This document shows positions 60,161 through 64,000 of a DNA stretch of 64,000 nt, piece after piece; position 1 is the first letter of the stretch; each line of letters begins with the position of its first letter. The stretch covers positions 7,523 to 71,522 of the forward strand of contig CAYFNG010000004.1 of NCBI GenBank assembly GCA_964344385.1, given 5' to 3'. Made by a program: the position numbers and the translations under genes. This DNA comes from an uncultured Sneathiellales bacterium (GTDB lineage: Bacteria; Pseudomonadota; Alphaproteobacteria; CAYFNG01). The notes under the pieces were generated by a model. That model did not search any database. It saw nothing but the letters and a program-made list of their open reading frames with translations, and was not told the DNA's origin.

Positions 60161-61132
60161 TCAGGGTCCTTGTGGTTCGAGCAGGGCCCGTACCACCGCA
60201 ACGACCTGGTCGCTGCCGATGCGGTACAGGTCTTCGAGCGGGGGCGAGTAGGCGATGGGGATGCGGGGGCCGGCGAGGCGTTTGACACGGGCGCCGGTTT
60301 CTTCGGCGACGGTGGCGGCGATCTCGGCCCCGAAACCGGCGACCTGGACCGCCTCGTGGGCCACCAGCAATCGGCCGGTGCGGGCGGCGGAGGCGAGGAC
60401 CGCGTCCTTGTCCCAGGGCCACAGCGTGCGCAGGTCGATGAGTTCCGCCGTGATGCCCTCGGCCGCCAGAGCCTCGCAGGCTTGCGTACAGGTATGCACC
60501 ATCTTCGACCAGCTGACGATGGTCAGGTCGGTGCCTTCCCGGACGGTGCGGGCCGTGCCGAGTTGGATCGGCCGGCCGTCATCCGCGACCTCACCGGTCA
60601 GCGGCCAGAGATCCTTGTGCTCCAGATAGACCACCGGGTCGTCGCACTGGATGGCGCTGATCAGCAGGCCGTAATTGTCGGCCGGCGTCGCCGGCACCGC
60701 CACCACCAGGCCGGGGATATGGGTCCACCAGCTTTCCAGGCTTTGGGAATGCTGGGCGGCCGAGGAGCGCCACATGCCGATCGGCTGCCGGGCGACCAGC
60801 GAGACCTTGCCCTGGCCGCCGAACATGAAGCGGTTCTTGGCCGCCTGGTTGACCAGCTCGTCGACCGCGCACAGGGCGAAATCGGAGAACCGCATTTCGG
60901 CGACCGGGCGGCTGCCGACCAGGGCGGCGCCGACCGCCACTCCCATGATCGCCGCTTCGGAGATCGGCGCATCCGAAATGCGGTCGGGGCCGAATTCCTC
61001 GGCCAGGCCGGCATATTGGCCGAACACGCCGCCGCGCCCCAGGTCTTCGCCCAAGGCCCAGACCCGGGGGTCGCGGCGCATTTCGGCCGCCAGGGCGGCG
61101 CAGCCGGCCGCCAGATAGCTCAGCTCGGCCAT
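60161..61132 (-). CDS. ThDP-dependent 2-oxoacid/acetoin-type dehydrogenase E1 beta subunit
   Basis: VWALGEDLGRGGVFGQYAGLAEEFGPDRISDAPISEAAIMGVAVGAALVGSRPVAEM..FSDF, plus a transketolase-C-like tail. Confidence 0.9.
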   Translation of the reverse strand: MAELSYLAAGCAALAAEMRRDPRVWALGEDLGRGGVFGQYAGLAEEFGPDRISDAPISEAAIMGVAVGAALVGSRPVAEMRFSDFALCAVDELVNQAAKNRFMFGGQGKVSLVARQPIGMWRSSAAQHSQSLESWWTHIPGLVVAVPATPADNYGLLISAIQCDDPVVYLEHKDLWPLTGEVADDGRPIQLGTARTVREGTDLTIVSWSKMVHTCTQACEALAAEGITAELIDLRTLWPWDKDAVLASAARTGRLLVAHEAVQVAGFGAEIAATVAEETGARVKRLAGPRIPIAYSPPLEDLYRIGSDQVVAVVRALLEPQGP

Positions 61133-62187
61133 GGTGCGGCTCCGATATCCTGGACGTCGCGGAAGGCATCTTCCGGCGGCGGGTGTGGGGCCTTGGCCGC
61201 GGCTTCGGCCACTGTCGTCATTTCGGCTTCGGCCGCCGCCGCGATCCCATCCAAGTCGGCCACCGGCACGCCCAGGCTTTCCAGTAGCGCCCGGGCACGG
61301 ACCAGCGGTGCCTCGTCCTTGGCCGCGGCGACCTCCGCCGCCGGGCGATAGGCGGCGGCATCGGCATGGGTGTGGCCTTTCAGCCGGTAGGTGCGGGCCA
61401 GTAGGAACAGCGGGCCGCTGCCCGCCCGCACCTTGGCGATCAGCTCCCGGGCCAGATCGTCGATCGCCAGCAGGTCGTTGCCGTCGACGGTGTAGGCCGG
61501 AATGCCCAACGCCTCGGCCCGCGCCGCCGGGCCGGGACCGGCGGTCATCGCGTCGGTCCGGGTGGTGGCGGCGAAGCCGTTATCCTCGCAGACGAACAGG
61601 ATCGGCAACTCGAAGACCTTGGCCCAGTTGAGGCCCTCCAGGAACGGGCCGCGGTTGACCGCGCCGTCGCCGAACAGGCAGACCGTGATATTGCCCGCGC
61701 CCAGCAGCCTGGCGCCATGGGCGGCACCGGCGGCGATCAGAATGCCGGCACCGACGATCCCGTTGGCACCCAATATGCCGACCGAGAAGTCGGCGATGTG
61801 CATCGATCCGCCCTTGCCGCCGCAGACGCCGCCGGCGCGGCCGAACAGTTCGCGCATCATGGCTTCCGGGTCGGCGCCCTTGGCCAGGGTGTGGCCGTGG
61901 CCGCGGTGGTTGGTGGCGACGGTGTCCGCAAGCTCCAGATTGCCGCAGACCGCGGCGGCCACCGCCTCCTGGCCGACCGACAGGTGCACCGCGCCGGTGA
62001 CCAGCCCGGCCTTGGCGGCGGCCTCGGCCTGGCGCTCGAAGGCGCGGATCCGTGCCATGGTGCGGTAATGGGCGATCAGGCGCGGCAGGTCCGGCCGATT
62101 GCTGCCTGGTTCGGCTGTCAAGACACACGCTCCCCTGTCTGCATTTCGGCATGCGGAACCGCCGCCGATTGCCGCTATTGTATCCAA
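61120..62187 (-). CDS. ThDP-dependent 2-oxoacid/acetoin-type dehydrogenase E1 alpha subunit (start uncertain; GTG at 62124 is possible)
   Basis: MARIRAFERQ...HLSVGQEAVAAAV...NHRGHGHTLAKG...GKGGSMH...GDGAVNRGPFLEGLNWAKVFELPILFVCEDNGFA. Confidence 0.85.
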   Translation of the reverse strand: MDTIAAIGGGSACRNADRGACVLTAEPGSNRPDLPRLIAHYRTMARIRAFERQAEAAAKAGLVTGAVHLSVGQEAVAAAVCGNLELADTVATNHRGHGHTLAKGADPEAMMRELFGRAGGVCGGKGGSMHIADFSVGILGANGIVGAGILIAAGAAHGARLLGAGNITVCLFGDGAVNRGPFLEGLNWAKVFELPILFVCEDNGFAATTRTDAMTAGPGPAARAEALGIPAYTVDGNDLLAIDDLARELIAKVRAGSGPLFLLARTYRLKGHTHADAAAYRPAAEVAAAKDEAPLVRARALLESLGVPVADLDGIAAAAEAEMTTVAEAAAKAPHPPPEDAFRDVQDIGAAPWPS

Positions 62188-62230
62188 GCATGGCGAAATT
62201 TACAGTGAGCCGCATGCAGGAAATCGTTTC

Positions 62231-63043
62231 ATGACCGCGCGCTGCGAGATTGTCGTCGTCGACAGCGTCACCCGGCTGGAACCGGCCCATCGCGACCAGG
62301 TGGCGATCGCCGCCAGCCATGGCGGCGCCTATGCCGGCGGGCTGGCGGCCCGGGCCGGCTTGCGGGGCGTGATCCTCAATGATGCCGGCATCGGTCTGGA
62401 CGGGGCGGGGATCGGAGCGCTGCCGCTGCTCGACGGATTGGCACTGCCCGCCGCGGCGGTGGGCCACGACACGGCCCGCATCGGCGACGGTGCCGACATG
62501 GCGGCGGCGGGCAAGGTCAGCTTCGTCAACGCCCATGCCAAGGCACTGGGATGCGAAGCCGGGCAAACCGCCATGGCCTGCGCCGAAGCATTGACGCGCG
62601 GCCCGGTCTGGCGCGGTGTGGTACCAGCCTTGTCGGAGGGGCGCTACCTGCTGCGTGCCGGCCCGGTCGAGGTGCGGGGGTTGGACAGTGCCTCGCTGGT
62701 CCGGCCCAGCGATGCGCCGCATATCGTGGTGGCCGGCAGCCATGGCGGCCTTCCCGGCAACGACCCGCGTAACGCCCTGAAGGTGAATACGGTGGCCGCG
62801 GTGTTCCACGACGCCGGCGTCGGAAAGGACCGGGTCGGGATCGCCCGGCTGGCCGCCCTTGACATGCGTGGCGTGCCGGCGGCCACGGTCGCCGCGGATT
62901 CGGCGCGTATCGGCGAGGCGAAGTCGCTATGGGCAACCGGCCGGTTGAGCCACGTCAACGAATGTGCAGCGAAGCTGGGCGCCGCCGCCGGCATGACGGT
63001 GGCGGAATTCGCCGATATGGTCCTGGCGGGCAGGGAAGGGTGA
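62231..63043 (+). CDS. Hypothetical protein made of two homologous ~130-aa halves (family not recognised)
   Basis: ATG 62231 (MTARCEIVVVD). Half 1 has AASHGGAYAG...LNDAGIGLDGAGIGALPLLD..LPAAAVGHDTARIGDG...VSFVN..AKALG. Half 2 has VAGSHGGLPG...FHDAGVGKDRVGIARLAALD..VPAATVAADSARIGEA...LSHVN..AAKLG. Confidence 0.6.
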   Translation: MTARCEIVVVDSVTRLEPAHRDQVAIAASHGGAYAGGLAARAGLRGVILNDAGIGLDGAGIGALPLLDGLALPAAAVGHDTARIGDGADMAAAGKVSFVNAHAKALGCEAGQTAMACAEALTRGPVWRGVVPALSEGRYLLRAGPVEVRGLDSASLVRPSDAPHIVVAGSHGGLPGNDPRNALKVNTVAAVFHDAGVGKDRVGIARLAALDMRGVPAATVAADSARIGEAKSLWATGRLSHVNECAAKLGAAAGMTVAEFADMVLAGREG

Positions 63044-63044
63044 C

Positions 63045-64000
63045 ATGACGGACAATGGGCGCAACGATCCGACCCGGCGGTTGACCGGCGGTTATGCCTT
63101 GGCGGAGATGCTGCGGCTGCACGATTGCGGGCCGATGTTCGGCATGGGCGGTTTTCAACTGCTTCCCTTCTACGATGCGGTCCGCGAACTCGGCCTGGTC
63201 CATACCCTGATCAATGACGAGCGTTGTGGCGCCTTTGCCGCCGATTCCTGGGCCCGGGTCACCGGCCGTCCCGGGGTGTGCGACGCCACATTGGGGCCCG
63301 GCGCCACCAACCTGGCGACGGCGCTGGTCGAAAGCCTGAACGCCGGAATTCCCCTGATCGCCATCATCGGCGATGCCAACCGCGACCATGCCGGCAAAAA
63401 CATGACCCAGGAGGCCAACCAATTGGCAATTTTGGGCCCGGCGGTCAAACAGGTGATTCGCGTTGAGCAGGGCCTGCGCATCCCGGAACATGTCCGCAGG
63501 GCTTATGCGGTGGCGACGTCCGGCCGGCCGGGGCCGGTGTTGCTCGACCTGCCCGAGGATGTCTGCCACGGGGTCTTTGATTTTCCGACCGACGAATTCC
63601 GACCCGAAGCCGAGACCCTGTCGATCCCGGCCCGCCGGGTGCGGCCGGGGCGCGATACCCTGGCCCGGGCGGCGGATCTGTTGCGTGGTGCCCGAAGACC
63701 GGTGATCCTGGCCGGCGGCGGGGTTCATCTGTCGGGGGCGCATGCGGCGCTGACCGATCTTGCCGAGCGGCTGGGCGCGCCGGTCGCCCATACTTTGAGC
63801 GGCAAGGGGGCGATCGCCTGCGACCACCCTCTGTCGGCCGGTCTGTTCGGCCGCTACAGCCGGATCGCCAATGATTTGATCGAGGCGGCGGACTGCCTGC
63901 TGGTGGTCGGCTGCAAGCTGGGCGAGATCGCTACCAAGCGCTATGTCTTGCCGCCGCGAGAGATCCCGCTGATCCACCTGGAAATCTCGCCGGAGGAGAT
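63045..64000 (+). CDS. Thiamine-diphosphate-binding enzyme (acetolactate-synthase-like family), N-terminal ~318 aa; continues beyond the window
   Basis: Absent from the ORF track (no stop inside the window). Translation from ATG 63045 reads MTDNGRNDPTRRLTGGYALAEMLRLHDCGPMFGMGGFQLLPFYDA...DERCGAFAADSWARVTGRPGVCDATLGPGATNLATALVESLNAGIPLIAIIGD. Confidence 0.85.
   Translation, partial: MTDNGRNDPTRRLTGGYALAEMLRLHDCGPMFGMGGFQLLPFYDAVRELGLVHTLINDERCGAFAADSWARVTGRPGVCDATLGPGATNLATALVESLNAGIPLIAIIGDANRDHAGKNMTQEANQLAILGPAVKQVIRVEQGLRIPEHVRRAYAVATSGRPGPVLLDLPEDVCHGVFDFPTDEFRPEAETLSIPARRVRPGRDTLARAADLLRGARRPVILAGGGVHLSGAHAALTDLAERLGAPVAHTLSGKGAIACDHPLSAGLFGRYSRIANDLIEAADCLLVVGCKLGEIATKRYVLPPREIPLIHLEISPEE

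Overview
This is a GC-rich chromosomal segment whose synteny looks alphaproteobacterial, possibly Rhodospirillales-like. The conserved backbone includes divK-pleD, rpmG, rnr-topA-dprA, and ftsB-pdhA-pdhB-pdhC-lpdA-lipA followed by a COQ10-like gene. I can support about 60 protein-coding genes. I recognised no rRNA, tRNA, CRISPR array or transposase. All family assignments come from motifs read in the supplied translations and from memory; no searches were run.

The accessory modules, in order of interest:
1. 30.2-35.7 kb: a visibly AT-richer island carrying an alpha-hydroxyketone (CAI-1/LAI-1-type) quorum-sensing locus. It has two tandem CqsA-like synthases, one with Asn replacing the PLP-anchoring Asp, and a convergent CqsS-like receptor with an extra PAS domain. 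This is the most interesting candidate system.
2. 18.2-29.8 kb: a complete clade II (Sec-type) nitrous-oxide reductase cluster, nosZ-cyt-cyt-nosB-D-G-H-F-L-Y-cyt, with three dihaem cytochromes, a haem-less C-terminal extension on NosZ and a divergent SCO1 gene.
3. 49.8-51.6 kb: a Co-type nitrile-hydratase-family operon whose beta subunit is encoded as two translationally coupled halves, giving a three-subunit architecture.
4. 9.9-13.8 kb: a 1273-aa protein combining SARP/BTAD, cyclase, P-loop and TPR regions.
5. 58.5 kb: a 32-bp perfect inverted repeat, one arm of which recurs at 41.6 kb.
6. 59.7-64.0 kb: a ThDP-enzyme cluster containing an uncharacterised, internally duplicated protein.

Many long ORFs in the track are antisense artefacts of the high GC content and were rejected.
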